Below the pieces are notes generated by a model that saw only the letters and a list, made by a program, of their open reading frames with translations, ran no database searches and was not told where the DNA came from. The position numbers were made by a program, and so were the translations under genes. Below are positions 50,021 to 59,740 of a stretch of DNA of 64,000 nt, piece by piece. The stretch is from positions 10,359 through 74,358 of the forward strand of contig VFFB01000003.1 of the NCBI GenBank assembly GCA_018882585.1. Reading direction: 5' to 3'. This DNA comes from Candidatus Kapaibacterium sp. (lineage in GTDB: Bacteria > Bacteroidota > Ignavibacteria > Kapaibacteriales > Kapaibacteriaceae). Within the stretch, counting starts at the first letter, position 1; the number at the start of each line of letters is the position of its first letter.

Positions 50021-50473
50021 ATGGACCTTTCGATCGACATCGTCCGCATGCCACATGCAGCCGACCTGCCCCTGCCGGAGTATGCCACGGCCGGTGCAGC
50101 CGGCATGGATGCGCATGCGGCCGTAGATGCCAACGTCACAATGGCTCCGGGAAGCATCGTCCTGGTCCCTACCGGATTACAGGTGGCCATCCCGGCCGGC
50201 TTTGAACTTCAAGTTCGGTCGCGCAGCGGCCTGGCCGCAAAGCACGGCGTGTTTGCGCTGAACGCCCCGGGTACCATTGACAGCGATTACCGTGGCGAGG
50301 TCAAGATCATCCTTGCCAACATGGGTTCGGAGCCCTTCGTGATCGAACGAGGCATGCGCATCGCCCAATTCGTTGTTGCTCGACATGAACACGTTATCTG
50401 GAACGTCGTAGCGGCACTTGACACAACAGCCCGGGGTGAAGGGGGCTTCGGTAGCACAGGAGTACATCCATGA
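50021..50473 (+). CDS. dut: dUTP diphosphatase
   Basis: [33 protein letters not shown]. Confidence 0.97.
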   Translation: MDLSIDIVRMPHAADLPLPEYATAGAAGMDAHAAVDANVTMAPGSIVLVPTGLQVAIPAGFELQVRSRSGLAAKHGVFALNAPGTIDSDYRGEVKIILANMGSEPFVIERGMRIAQFVVARHEHVIWNVVAALDTTARGEGGFGSTGVHP

Positions 50474-50919
50474 CGATCAGCATCGGTTCTGACCACGCAG
50501 GCTTCGCCTACAAGGAAGCACTCAAGGCCATGCTCGTGGCCGAAGGCCACGAGGTGATCGACGTTGGCACCCACTCCGAAGAACGCGCCGATTATCCCGA
50601 CTATGGGGTGGCAGCGGCAAGGCTGGTTGCCAACGGTACAGCACGCTACGGCGTGTTGGTCTGCGGTTCCGGCATCGGCATCTCCATCGCAGCGAACAAG
50701 GTACATGGCATCCGCGCGGCCAATTGCGTCACCGTCGAAATGGCCCAGCTTGCCCGACAGCACAATGACGCCAACATGGTTGCTATTGGACAACGCCTGG
50801 TGTCGGAGGTTGACGCAAAGGCCATCGTGAAGGCCTTCCTTACGACCGACTTCGAAGGCGGCCGTCACGCTCAACGCGTCGAAAAGATCCATGCTCTTGG
50901 CGAAGGGGCACCGTCATGA
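50470..50919 (+). CDS. rpiB: Ribose-5-phosphate isomerase B
   Basis: GSDHAG, DYPD, CGSGIG, HNDAN, FEGGRH. Confidence 0.97.
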   Translation: MTISIGSDHAGFAYKEALKAMLVAEGHEVIDVGTHSEERADYPDYGVAAARLVANGTARYGVLVCGSGIGISIAANKVHGIRAANCVTVEMAQLARQHNDANMVAIGQRLVSEVDAKAIVKAFLTTDFEGGRHAQRVEKIHALGEGAPS

Positions 50920-51641
50920 ACGTCATGGTTGTGTCGGCCCACCCCGACGATGCTGAACTAGCCTGTTCGGGAACGGTCCGCAGGCTCACGCTGGACGGAC
51001 ATACCGTTGTCTTTGTCGAATGTACCCGCGGCGAACTTGGCACGCGCGGTACTCCCGAGCTGCGCCTTCGCGAAGCCGCCGATGCGGCCGCCATCCTTGG
51101 CGTTACCGTACGCGAATGCCTCGACATGACCGATGGCGCCATCATGCACACCGACGAACACATCATGAAGGTCGTCGGCGCCATCCGAGCACACAGACCG
51201 CATCTGATGCTGATTCCCCCACCGTTCGAACGACATCCCGACCACGAGGCCGTACACAGACTGGCACGCGCCGCTGCGTTCAAAGCGGGCCTGGCCAAGG
51301 TTGCGTCCGTGCGCGACGGCGTCGAGCAACAGCCGCATCGTCCGCACCGCATGTTGTGCTTCTTGCAGCAGTATGATTTTCCGCGGAATCCGGATGTGTA
51401 TGTCGACATCACGGATACATTCGACGCGAAGATGGCGTCGATCAAGGCGTTTTCGTCGCAGTTCTACCTGCCGGATCTGTACGAGAGCGACGAACCTTCG
51501 ACGTTCCTGAGCAGACCGGAGTTTCTGCACGAGATCGAGGCGCGGGCAATGTACTTTGGAAGCCGCATCGGCACGAGATATGCCGAGGCTTTCATGGCCG
51601 TCGAGCCCCTTGCCGTTGCTTCGCTCGACGTGTTGCTGTAA
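50916..51641 (+). CDS. bshB1: Bacillithiol biosynthesis deacetylase BshB1 (PIG-L family)
   Basis: AHPDDAEL, TRGELGTRG, RHPDH, SQF, YAEAF. Confidence 0.85.
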   Translation: MNVMVVSAHPDDAELACSGTVRRLTLDGHTVVFVECTRGELGTRGTPELRLREAADAAAILGVTVRECLDMTDGAIMHTDEHIMKVVGAIRAHRPHLMLIPPPFERHPDHEAVHRLARAAAFKAGLAKVASVRDGVEQQPHRPHRMLCFLQQYDFPRNPDVYVDITDTFDAKMASIKAFSSQFYLPDLYESDEPSTFLSRPEFLHEIEARAMYFGSRIGTRYAEAFMAVEPLAVASLDVLL

Positions 51642-51650
51642 CGGAGTCGT

Positions 51651-52103
51651 CTATCGCATGCGCTCAAGCAGGGTCGCCCGATGGCGGTCCTTCACAGCAC
51701 GCACATCGTTTGCGTCAACGTCGATACGACGCCCCTTGAACGTCTCGTACAGATACGACGTCACGGCCGCAATATCTGCATCGCCGTAAGGGATAGGGGG
51801 CATGGTAAGCCGACGGTCATCCAGATAGGAACCGTCTCGGCGAGCTTTCGCGCCGTAGGCCAGTGTTACGATCACCGAATCGATCGGACCGTTCCAGAGA
51901 TGACGGTCGTTGATGCGACGAACTCCGCCAACGCCTTGTCCGGCGTCGCCATGGCAGCGAATGCAGTATTCCTGGTAGACCTCGGCTCCACGTCGCACGG
52001 TCGTATCAGGTCGTGTCGGACACATGGCAATGACGGCAGCGGCGGTGCCGATACCGAGAATTACCAGCGATGCGCGACGTATCAGTGCAGTGATATCCGT
52101 CAT
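51651..52103 (-). CDS. Membrane-anchored monohaem cytochrome c
   Basis: GAEVYQEYCIRCHG, MPP, DIAAVTSY. Confidence 0.85.
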   Translation of the reverse strand: MTDITALIRRASLVILGIGTAAAVIAMCPTRPDTTVRRGAEVYQEYCIRCHGDAGQGVGGVRRINDRHLWNGPIDSVIVTLAYGAKARRDGSYLDDRRLTMPPIPYGDADIAAVTSYLYETFKGRRIDVDANDVRAVKDRHRATLLERMR

Positions 52104-52146
52104 AGCTCCTCGCAGAGTACGGCACAATTTGAGCAATTTGTTCCCA

Positions 52147-53028
52147 ATGGCACGCTTGTCACCCGAAGAATATCACATTCCGGTCATGGCCGATGAATGT
52201 CTGGATCTACTGCACATACGCCCTGACGGTACGTATGCAGACGCAACGCTGGGCGGCGGCGGACATTCGTCGCTGATCCTTGCAGCGCTCGGCCCGGGCG
52301 GACGTCTGTTCAGTTTCGACGCCGACGATGTGGCCATCGAACGATGCCGACAGCGCTTCCATGACGAACCTCGCATCACACTGGTGCATGCCAACTTTGA
52401 TGCCATGCCTGACGCCATGGCAACGGCCGGCCGCGTCGATGGCATCCTGTTCGACCTGGGTGTATCGTCGTACCAGTTCGATTACCATGCTCGCGGGTTT
52501 TCGTTCCGTTTGAACGCGCCGTTGGACATGAGGTTCGGCCAAGAGGGCAGAACGGCCGCCGACATCATGAACACGGCTTCGGAAGACGAGCTTGCACGCA
52601 TCTTCTTCGGGTACGGCGAAGACCCGTCGTCCCGCAAGCTGGCGCGCGCCGCCGCGCAGCGGCGGCGGCTGGCGCCATTCGTCAGCACGGCCGATATGCG
52701 CGACCTTGTCGTGCAACACATCCCGCCGCAGCATCAGCCCAAGACCCTGGCGCGGATCTTTCAGGCGCTCCGCATTGCCGTGAACGACGAGCTTGGCAGG
52801 CTGGAGCGGACGCTTACGAGCATGATCCCATTGATGGCACCCGGCGGACGCATCGTGGTGATGAGCTATCATTCGCTCGAAGACCGAATCGTGAAGAACG
52901 TCTTCCGCGATAACAAGGACACGCTTCGCATCATCACACGGAAGGCCATTGAGGCGGGCGCCGCCGAGGTCGCGACGAATCCCCGCGCGCGAAGCGCGCG
53001 GTTGCGCGCGGCAGAGCGCGTGGCATGA
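52147..53028 (+). CDS. rsmH: 16S rRNA C1402 N4-methyltransferase RsmH
   Basis: HIPVM, DATLGGGGHS, DLGVSSYQ, LDMR, FQALRIAVN, SYHSLEDR, NPRARSA. Confidence 0.97.
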   Translation: MARLSPEEYHIPVMADECLDLLHIRPDGTYADATLGGGGHSSLILAALGPGGRLFSFDADDVAIERCRQRFHDEPRITLVHANFDAMPDAMATAGRVDGILFDLGVSSYQFDYHARGFSFRLNAPLDMRFGQEGRTAADIMNTASEDELARIFFGYGEDPSSRKLARAAAQRRRLAPFVSTADMRDLVVQHIPPQHQPKTLARIFQALRIAVNDELGRLERTLTSMIPLMAPGGRIVVMSYHSLEDRIVKNVFRDNKDTLRIITRKAIEAGAAEVATNPRARSARLRAAERVA

Positions 53029-53065
53029 CGATGCCCTATTTTTGTGTCGGACCTTTGAGCACCCT

Positions 53066-54454
53066 GTGACCAACTCGGCAACGTTTACCTATCAAGATCT
53101 GCTGGCCATCGCCGGCAGGGCGGCAGCGTCGCTGCCGCAGGACATCGCCGTCTGCGGCGTAAGCACGGACAGTCGCAGCATTGCCCCTTCCAACATCTTC
53201 ATTGCCCTGCGAGGGGAGCGATTCGACGGACACGATCACGTCGAACAGGCCCTGGCCAACGGCGCAGTGTGTTGTGGTGTGGAGCGCGCATATGCCGAAA
53301 CGGCACCGGCTGATGTTGTGGCACGGTGCATTGTCGTTGACGACACGCTGCACTTGCTTGGAAGCTTCGGTTGGTATCACAGGCAACGTTTCGAGATCCC
53401 GGTGATAGCTATTGGCGGCGCCGCTGGCAAGACGTCGACGAAAGATCTGACGGCACACGTACTGTCGCAGTCGATGAGCGTGCTGAAAACACAGGCCAAC
53501 TACAACAACCGCATCGGCACACCGCATACGCTGCTGCAGTTGACGGCCGACCATGATGTTGCCGTGATCGAGATCGGCACGAATGAGCCTGGCGAGATCG
53601 AAACACTTACCGCGATGGTGCAGCCGACACACGGACTGATCACCAACATCGACAAGGAACATCTCGAAAAACTGATCGACCTTGACGGCGTCGAGCATGA
53701 GGAGTGTACACTGTTTGCCTGGCTAGCCGATGTTGGCGGGCTTGCCCTGATCAACATTGACGACGAGCGGCTGCAGAAGTACGTTGTGTACAATCCGCGG
53801 CACGTGACGTTCGCGCTCGATACGCCGGCCAACCTACGTCCGACCGTCGAGTTCGACGATGCACTACGGCCGACACTGTCGCTCGTGATGAACGACTTCA
53901 CGCTTCGCGCGCGCATGCAGGCAACAGGCCTGGCTGCCGCACGCAATGCCGTCTGTGCCATGGCCGTCGCCTATGCGCTTCGTGTACCGGCACCTGTCGT
54001 AAATCACGGCCTTGAAACCTACGAGCTTTCATCCGGACACGGCTATGCACGGATGGTCGTGCAACACGTGGGTGGGTTCACCGTGCTGAACGACTGTTAC
54101 AACGCCAATCCTGCCTCGATGAAGCTGGCTCTCGAAACCCTGCGGCGATACCCCGCCAGCATGCGCGTTGCCGTCTTGGGCGACATGCGCGAGCTTGGCA
54201 GCGCCGAAGACGTTGAACACCAGGCCATGCTTGATGCGGCAACCCAGTGCGCCGACCTTGTGATCGTCTTGGGCGACGCGTTCCGCCGTGCAGCCATCAT
54301 GCTTGATCGACCCCACGTGGTCGTCTGCGAGACGCATCACGGCTGTGCGCAGGCCCTGAAGGAACATGCAGCCGCTGACGCCGCAGTACTCGTCAAGGGT
54401 TCGCGAGGGATGACGATGGAGCGTATCATAGAGACTTTAGCAACACCGCAGTAA
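53066..54454 (+). CDS. murF: UDP-MurNAc-tripeptide:D-Ala-D-Ala ligase
   Basis: TDSR, GERFDGH, GKTSTK, NN.IG.P, NDCYNANP, LGDMRELG, VKGSRG; TATTTTTG element at 53037-53044. Confidence 0.95.
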   Translation: MTNSATFTYQDLLAIAGRAAASLPQDIAVCGVSTDSRSIAPSNIFIALRGERFDGHDHVEQALANGAVCCGVERAYAETAPADVVARCIVVDDTLHLLGSFGWYHRQRFEIPVIAIGGAAGKTSTKDLTAHVLSQSMSVLKTQANYNNRIGTPHTLLQLTADHDVAVIEIGTNEPGEIETLTAMVQPTHGLITNIDKEHLEKLIDLDGVEHEECTLFAWLADVGGLALINIDDERLQKYVVYNPRHVTFALDTPANLRPTVEFDDALRPTLSLVMNDFTLRARMQATGLAAARNAVCAMAVAYALRVPAPVVNHGLETYELSSGHGYARMVVQHVGGFTVLNDCYNANPASMKLALETLRRYPASMRVAVLGDMRELGSAEDVEHQAMLDAATQCADLVIVLGDAFRRAAIMLDRPHVVVCETHHGCAQALKEHAAADAAVLVKGSRGMTMERIIETLATPQ

Positions 54455-54475
54455 CGCGACACGAGGAGCAGGATC

Positions 54476-55606
54476 ATGTTCTATCATCTCGCCTGGTGGC
54501 TACGGGAAATCGGAGACATACCCGGTATCAACCTGTTCGGATATGTGACATTCCGTGCAGCCGCGGCAGCCATTTTCGCGTTGCTGATCTCGCTCGTTGT
54601 CGGCCCTCGCATCATCGCTGCCCTCAAGCGCATGCAGATCGGCGAGCAGGCCAAGTCGGAGCTTCAGCAGGTGGGCAATCACTCGCTGAAGGCTGGCACG
54701 CCAACCATGGGAGGTCTGATCGTCCTTGCTGCCGTGCTTATTCCCACGCTGTTGTGGGCCAACGTGCAGAACATGTATGTCATTCTTGCGGTGTTTGTCA
54801 CGGCAGCTCTTGGCGCAGTTGGGTTTCTCGACGACTACCTGAAGGTCGTCAAGAAGATGCGGAAAGGGCTGATTGGACGCTACAAGATCGTTGGCCAGGT
54901 GGCCACGGGCCTGGTGGTTGGCAGCGTGATGTACTTTGCGCCACATTGGTTTTCGCCCGAGTTTTCGTCGGTGGCCACGCTTACGACGGTACCATTTGCC
55001 AAGCACGTCAGTTTTGACTTCGGCGTGTTGTTCATACCTGTCGTCATCTTCATCATAACCGCTACATCGAACGCCGTCAACCTCACCGATGGTCTCGACG
55101 GACTATGCATCGGCACGGTCGGCGTAAGCGCACTGACGCTTGCCGTGATCGCCTACTTCAGCGGCAATGCGTTCTTTGCCGACTACCTGAACATCATGCA
55201 CCTTCGTGGTGCCGACGAGCTGGCCATCTTTTGTGCGGCCATTGTTGGTGCGGCTATGGGCTTCTTATGGTACAATGCCTATCCGGCACAGGTCTTCATG
55301 GGAGACACCGGGTCGCTTGCCCTGGGTGGCGCCATCGGCATCCTTTGCGTTCTTATCAAGAAGGAATTCCTGCTGCCCATCGTCGGCGGAATCTTCTTTG
55401 CCGAGACCGTCTCGGTCATCATCCAGGTCACCTGGTTCAAGCTCACCAAGAAGCGATTCGGCGAGGGCCGCCGAGTGCTCCTCATGGCCCCCTTACACCA
55501 CCACTTCGAAAAGAGTGGTTGGCACGAATCGAAGATCGTTACGCGCTTCTACATCATTGCCATCATGTTGGCCATCATCACGATGGCATCGTTCAAGGTT
55601 CGGTAA
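54476..55606 (+). CDS. mraY: Phospho-MurNAc-pentapeptide transferase
   Basis: GTPTMGG, DDY, NAVNLTDGLDGL, VFMGDTG, APLHHHFE. Confidence 0.98.
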   Translation: MFYHLAWWLREIGDIPGINLFGYVTFRAAAAAIFALLISLVVGPRIIAALKRMQIGEQAKSELQQVGNHSLKAGTPTMGGLIVLAAVLIPTLLWANVQNMYVILAVFVTAALGAVGFLDDYLKVVKKMRKGLIGRYKIVGQVATGLVVGSVMYFAPHWFSPEFSSVATLTTVPFAKHVSFDFGVLFIPVVIFIITATSNAVNLTDGLDGLCIGTVGVSALTLAVIAYFSGNAFFADYLNIMHLRGADELAIFCAAIVGAAMGFLWYNAYPAQVFMGDTGSLALGGAIGILCVLIKKEFLLPIVGGIFFAETVSVIIQVTWFKLTKKRFGEGRRVLLMAPLHHHFEKSGWHESKIVTRFYIIAIMLAIITMASFKVR

Positions 55607-55622
55607 GGGGCGGGGCCAACGC

Positions 55623-56234
55623 TCAGGGGCGCAGACCCGCGTAGTCGCTTACGATCTTGGAGAGGGCATCCAGGCCTGTGGTGATCTTCCTGATGAACGA
55701 CGTGTTATGAGGTACGAAGACGAAGTTCGGATGCTGTGACCACAGGTCGCGCAGACGCTTATCGAGCGCTATGGCCTGCTCGATGGTCTCGATGCGGATC
55801 GGATTGCCGCCCTCGATGGAGATACCGCCTACGGCGGCCGTCTCGAAAAAGATGATGGCATCATAGCGCATCAGTTCACGCTCGAGCGTCGTGTTCAGAC
55901 TCGAGAAAAACTCATATGGATCGCCAGGCCAATAGGCAGCACCGTCAACGGTTCCGCGGTCGCAGATAAGCACCCGATGCGGATACTGTGCTGCCTGCGC
56001 AGCTTCGAGGTGGACCTGCACGTGGTAGATGGCATGCTGTGTCGAACGGCGCACATCCGGTTGGCCCACGCGCGGAAAACCGCCGCCGTACAACAGCGTT
56101 GCCGCCTCCGGCACGATCACAACATTCTCGCCAATCTCGCGCCGATACAGGTCGGCAGCGGTCGTTTTACCGCCACCGGGTCCACCGGTCAGCACGACGC
56201 GGCACTGTGTATTACCGTTGTTGATCCGTTGCAT
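55623..56234 (-). CDS. P-loop NTPase (AAA_28/NadR-Ttd14-like)
   Basis: VLTGGPGGGKTT, VPEAAT, CDRGTVDG. Confidence 0.85.
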   Translation of the reverse strand: MQRINNGNTQCRVVLTGGPGGGKTTAADLYRREIGENVVIVPEAATLLYGGGFPRVGQPDVRRSTQHAIYHVQVHLEAAQAAQYPHRVLICDRGTVDGAAYWPGDPYEFFSSLNTTLERELMRYDAIIFFETAAVGGISIEGGNPIRIETIEQAIALDKRLRDLWSQHPNFVFVPHNTSFIRKITTGLDALSKIVSDYAGLRP

Positions 56235-56525
56235 GACGGAAAGCTACGGAAAGTTGCGACTGAAGCACGGTCGACCCTCGTTGTGTGCACCGAACACAGA
56301 CAGTATTTACGCCGTGAGGTAGCCCTGATTCGGGGCTGAACGAACACCGTATTACCATGTAATCGTGTGTTGAACGTCAAAAAACATGACAAATGTCGTA
56401 ACGAACGGTGGAAAACGTTGTTATTCTGAGACGTTCTGATACACAGTGTCGCGTTGCAGACGGCTCGCCGAATAACGCAAAGCCCGGCGATCTGTGATCG
56501 TATCCGGAACGAGGAATTCAACCCT

Positions 56526-59500
56526 ATGAACATCAAGATCTTAGTAGCGACCCTTTGTTCGCTTGTGCTGGAATCATGGTCGGCGCAGGCGCAGTCGTCC
56601 TTTTTTCCGGTTTCGTTTTCAACATTCCGGCACCCGGCTCCAGGCTATTACCTTATTGCCCCGAACTCGATTGATTCCCTTGGTTTCATTGACCACGGTG
56701 CCCGAAATGCCCACGCTGTACACGCCCGCCTACCTGCAGCCATTCGATGGCAGGTCGACAACACGGTGACCTACATTGATGCTGGCAGAGGCTGGCTGAA
56801 AATGAATGTTGATTTGGAGGTTGTGGACACGTTAAGGCTTCCCGATTACGATACGGATTTCCACGAATGCAGGACACTATCGAACGGGAACACCATTCTG
56901 TTCGGATTTGACCCAAGGGTGATGGATCTGTCTGGCATAGTTTCCGGTGGAAAGACAAATGCCAGGGTTGAGGGTTCTTTGATTCGTGAGGTTACACCGC
57001 AAGGTAATACAGTCTTTCAGTGGTACATCCTCGACCACACAAACGTTACCGATGCAGTGGATTACTACGACCTTACGCAGGCCTCGATTGATTATGCCCA
57101 CCCGAACAGCATCGCGGAAGATCTCGACGGAAATTTTATTCTGTCTGTCCGACACTTCGATGCAATCCTGAAGATCAATCGTGCCACGGGTGCGGTGATG
57201 TGGTGGCTTGGTGGTGAAAAGGCTCGACGCAATGATTTCAGGTGGATCAACGATGACAATGCAGGGTTTACAGGCTTCTCGCATCAACACTCGGTCGAGG
57301 TCATGTCGAATGGAAACATTGTGATGTTTGACAATGGCAACATGAAAGCGAACAGCTTTTCACGTGCCGTGATGTACCAGCTTGACCAGACGAACATGAC
57401 CGTCACCAAGGTGTGGGAGTATCGACACACACCGGATATCTTTACTGCATCTATGGGGAGCGTTCAGGAATTGCCAAACGGCAACATTCTGATTGGCTGG
57501 GGAACGAACGATACCAAGGTTATAGCCACAGAGGTTGCGCCAGACGGTTCGGTCGAAGCTGAACTTGTTTCTGATCAGCCCCAGCAGATTCGTTCCTATC
57601 GAGTGATGAAGGCCCCCTTCTCGATGACCGGAACACAAAAAGACGTGTCGCAGCCCGGCCACATCGAAATGGATTCCCCTGACTCGACGTCGCACATTTC
57701 GTTTGATGTTACCAACGTGACACAACCCACCAATGTTATTGTTGAGCGACACTGGAATGTGCCCGTCAGCCCCGTCTTCAACGGACCGTTGCCGTGCCGA
57801 ATACTTCCATCACGGTGGTCGGTTCGATCGGATAGAAAGAGCACGATCACGGCGTCGATGGAGTTCACCTTAGGCAATGTTCCGGGAATCGATGATCCTT
57901 CCTCTGTGGTACTGTACCACCGCAACACAGACGGTACAGGTGCTTTTTCGAAGGTGCAGACGACGTACGACGCGAGATCAAAAACGCTCACGGCTGGTGA
58001 ATTCAAGACGGGAGAGTACCTGACCGTCTATGAGTCGTGCCAGATTCCTTATCCGATCCGTCCAGCACACAAGGCAACGCACCTGCCTGCAAACGATATC
58101 ACATTCGCTTGGTCAGTCGCCGTGCAGTCGAACGGATATCAACTGCAGATATCCACGGCAAGTAACTTCAACACCACCGTGCTGGACGCCGTTATTCAGA
58201 ATGCTGAAGCGTATACGTACAGACTCCTGAATTCCTACACAACGTATTACTGGCGCGTACGTACACGGCTTGAAAACGGTCAAACTGGTCAATGGTCGGA
58301 AGTTCGGTCCTTCCGAACGCGACTTGATGCTCCCGGCCCGCTATCTCCAAGGATCAGTGTCGACACGGCCGCCGTGCTTCCTACACAAACATTCTCGTGG
58401 ACGAAGGTTGGTAATGCAAACTCTTATCACGTACGACTCTTCATCCATGGTGCAGCGGACTCGTTGATTACGGAAGATACATTGCAGACCAACGGTTGGT
58501 TGGCACCTGCGCTGCAACCCAACTCGTGGTACGTATGGGATGTTCGAGCCTTGGCTGATACTGCGGCCAGTTTATTCTCAGCAAGAGCAGCGTTTCTTAC
58601 GTCACCCGACAAACCAACATTAGAAATGCCGGATGATTCATTACGTAATGCGCCCTACCGTGATGTTCGACTTGCTTGGAGTGCCGTGGATCAGGCGACG
58701 CGCTATCGCGTACGTGTGACAATAGGCACACACGACTCCGTCACGGTCGACACTATCATTGAATCGACGATCCTTGTGTTGGGGGATCTCACACCCGGAA
58801 TGCGGTATCGATGGTCTGCCTGTGCGATCGGACGGTACGGCGTCGGCCCATGGGCCACGGAACGCGTCCTCTGGACTGCCGAGCTCGGCACTCTGGCTGC
58901 TGCCACGCCTGTGATGCCACGTAACGGTGATACGGTTCTTCGCGACAGCGTGATTCTTTCGTGGAGCCAGCCGGATGCAGTCCAATGGGTCGTCCAGCTT
59001 GGTTCATCGGCGTCGATGGACGATATCCTGTACGAAGTGTCGAACTATCAGGAACGAACCTTGGTCGTTCCGGCGTCTGTTCTTGCGGAAGGTCGCGAGT
59101 ACTTCTGGCGCGTGAAGGGATTTGCCGGCAGCCTTGAAAGCGACTTCTCTGCTGTACGCCGCTTTGTTATCGCCGTGGCACCACCGCCGGTCGTTATCGG
59201 TCTGGTGCCGCTCGAGCCACTCAGTGGCGCTATCGATGTGCCGCGCTCAGGTGTATTCCGTTGGACGTCTGACAGTCGGGTCGATACGTACAGCGTCCTG
59301 CTGTATCGAGGATTGCAGACCTCGCCCGAACGAACGCTGACAACGTCTGATACAGTAGCACCATACGCAGGACTTGAGGCCGGTACAGCCTACCGTTGGT
59401 GCGTACGCGGACGCAAGGACGGTATCACCGTCGACACCGGGGCCATAGCAACGTTCACCACAGAGAAGGTCGAGGTTGTCTCGGTGGTCGATATCGATGT

Positions 59501-59717
59501 TGAAGCTGCATCGTCGGGACTCCTTCGTGGCAAGGTCGCATGCGACGGCAGCACGGTGAACATCACGCTAACCGATCTGCAGGGACGACTCGTCGAACGA
59601 GCTGAGGTAAGCGCCGTGAACGGAGCATGGAGCTATCTGCCGCGCAGGAGCGGTCTGCTGTTTGCAACGGTATCTGCCTGTGGCAACAACTCGACGGTCG
59701 TCTTAATGACGCGATGA
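56526..59717 (+). CDS. Secreted arylsulfate sulfotransferase-like protein with FN3-like repeats and degenerate CTD
   Basis: DFHE, YAHPNS, SVRH, FSHQH, FDNG, NGNILIGWG; about five W...Y...L.....Y.W.V repeats. Confidence 0.85.
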   Translation: MNIKILVATLCSLVLESWSAQAQSSFFPVSFSTFRHPAPGYYLIAPNSIDSLGFIDHGARNAHAVHARLPAAIRWQVDNTVTYIDAGRGWLKMNVDLEVVDTLRLPDYDTDFHECRTLSNGNTILFGFDPRVMDLSGIVSGGKTNARVEGSLIREVTPQGNTVFQWYILDHTNVTDAVDYYDLTQASIDYAHPNSIAEDLDGNFILSVRHFDAILKINRATGAVMWWLGGEKARRNDFRWINDDNAGFTGFSHQHSVEVMSNGNIVMFDNGNMKANSFSRAVMYQLDQTNMTVTKVWEYRHTPDIFTASMGSVQELPNGNILIGWGTNDTKVIATEVAPDGSVEAELVSDQPQQIRSYRVMKAPFSMTGTQKDVSQPGHIEMDSPDSTSHISFDVTNVTQPTNVIVERHWNVPVSPVFNGPLPCRILPSRWSVRSDRKSTITASMEFTLGNVPGIDDPSSVVLYHRNTDGTGAFSKVQTTYDARSKTLTAGEFKTGEYLTVYESCQIPYPIRPAHKATHLPANDITFAWSVAVQSNGYQLQISTASNFNTTVLDAVIQNAEAYTYRLLNSYTTYYWRVRTRLENGQTGQWSEVRSFRTRLDAPGPLSPRISVDTAAVLPTQTFSWTKVGNANSYHVRLFIHGAADSLITEDTLQTNGWLAPALQPNSWYVWDVRALADTAASLFSARAAFLTSPDKPTLEMPDDSLRNAPYRDVRLAWSAVDQATRYRVRVTIGTHDSVTVDTIIESTILVLGDLTPGMRYRWSACAIGRYGVGPWATERVLWTAELGTLAAATPVMPRNGDTVLRDSVILSWSQPDAVQWVVQLGSSASMDDILYEVSNYQERTLVVPASVLAEGREYFWRVKGFAGSLESDFSAVRRFVIAVAPPPVVIGLVPLEPLSGAIDVPRSGVFRWTSDSRVDTYSVLLYRGLQTSPERTLTTSDTVAPYAGLEAGTAYRWCVRGRKDGITVDTGAIATFTTEKVEVVSVVDIDVEAASSGLLRGKVACDGSTVNITLTDLQGRLVERAEVSAVNGAWSYLPRRSGLLFATVSACGNNSTVVLMTR

Positions 59718-59740
59718 GCGTAAACCGAGTCAAGCCCAAA

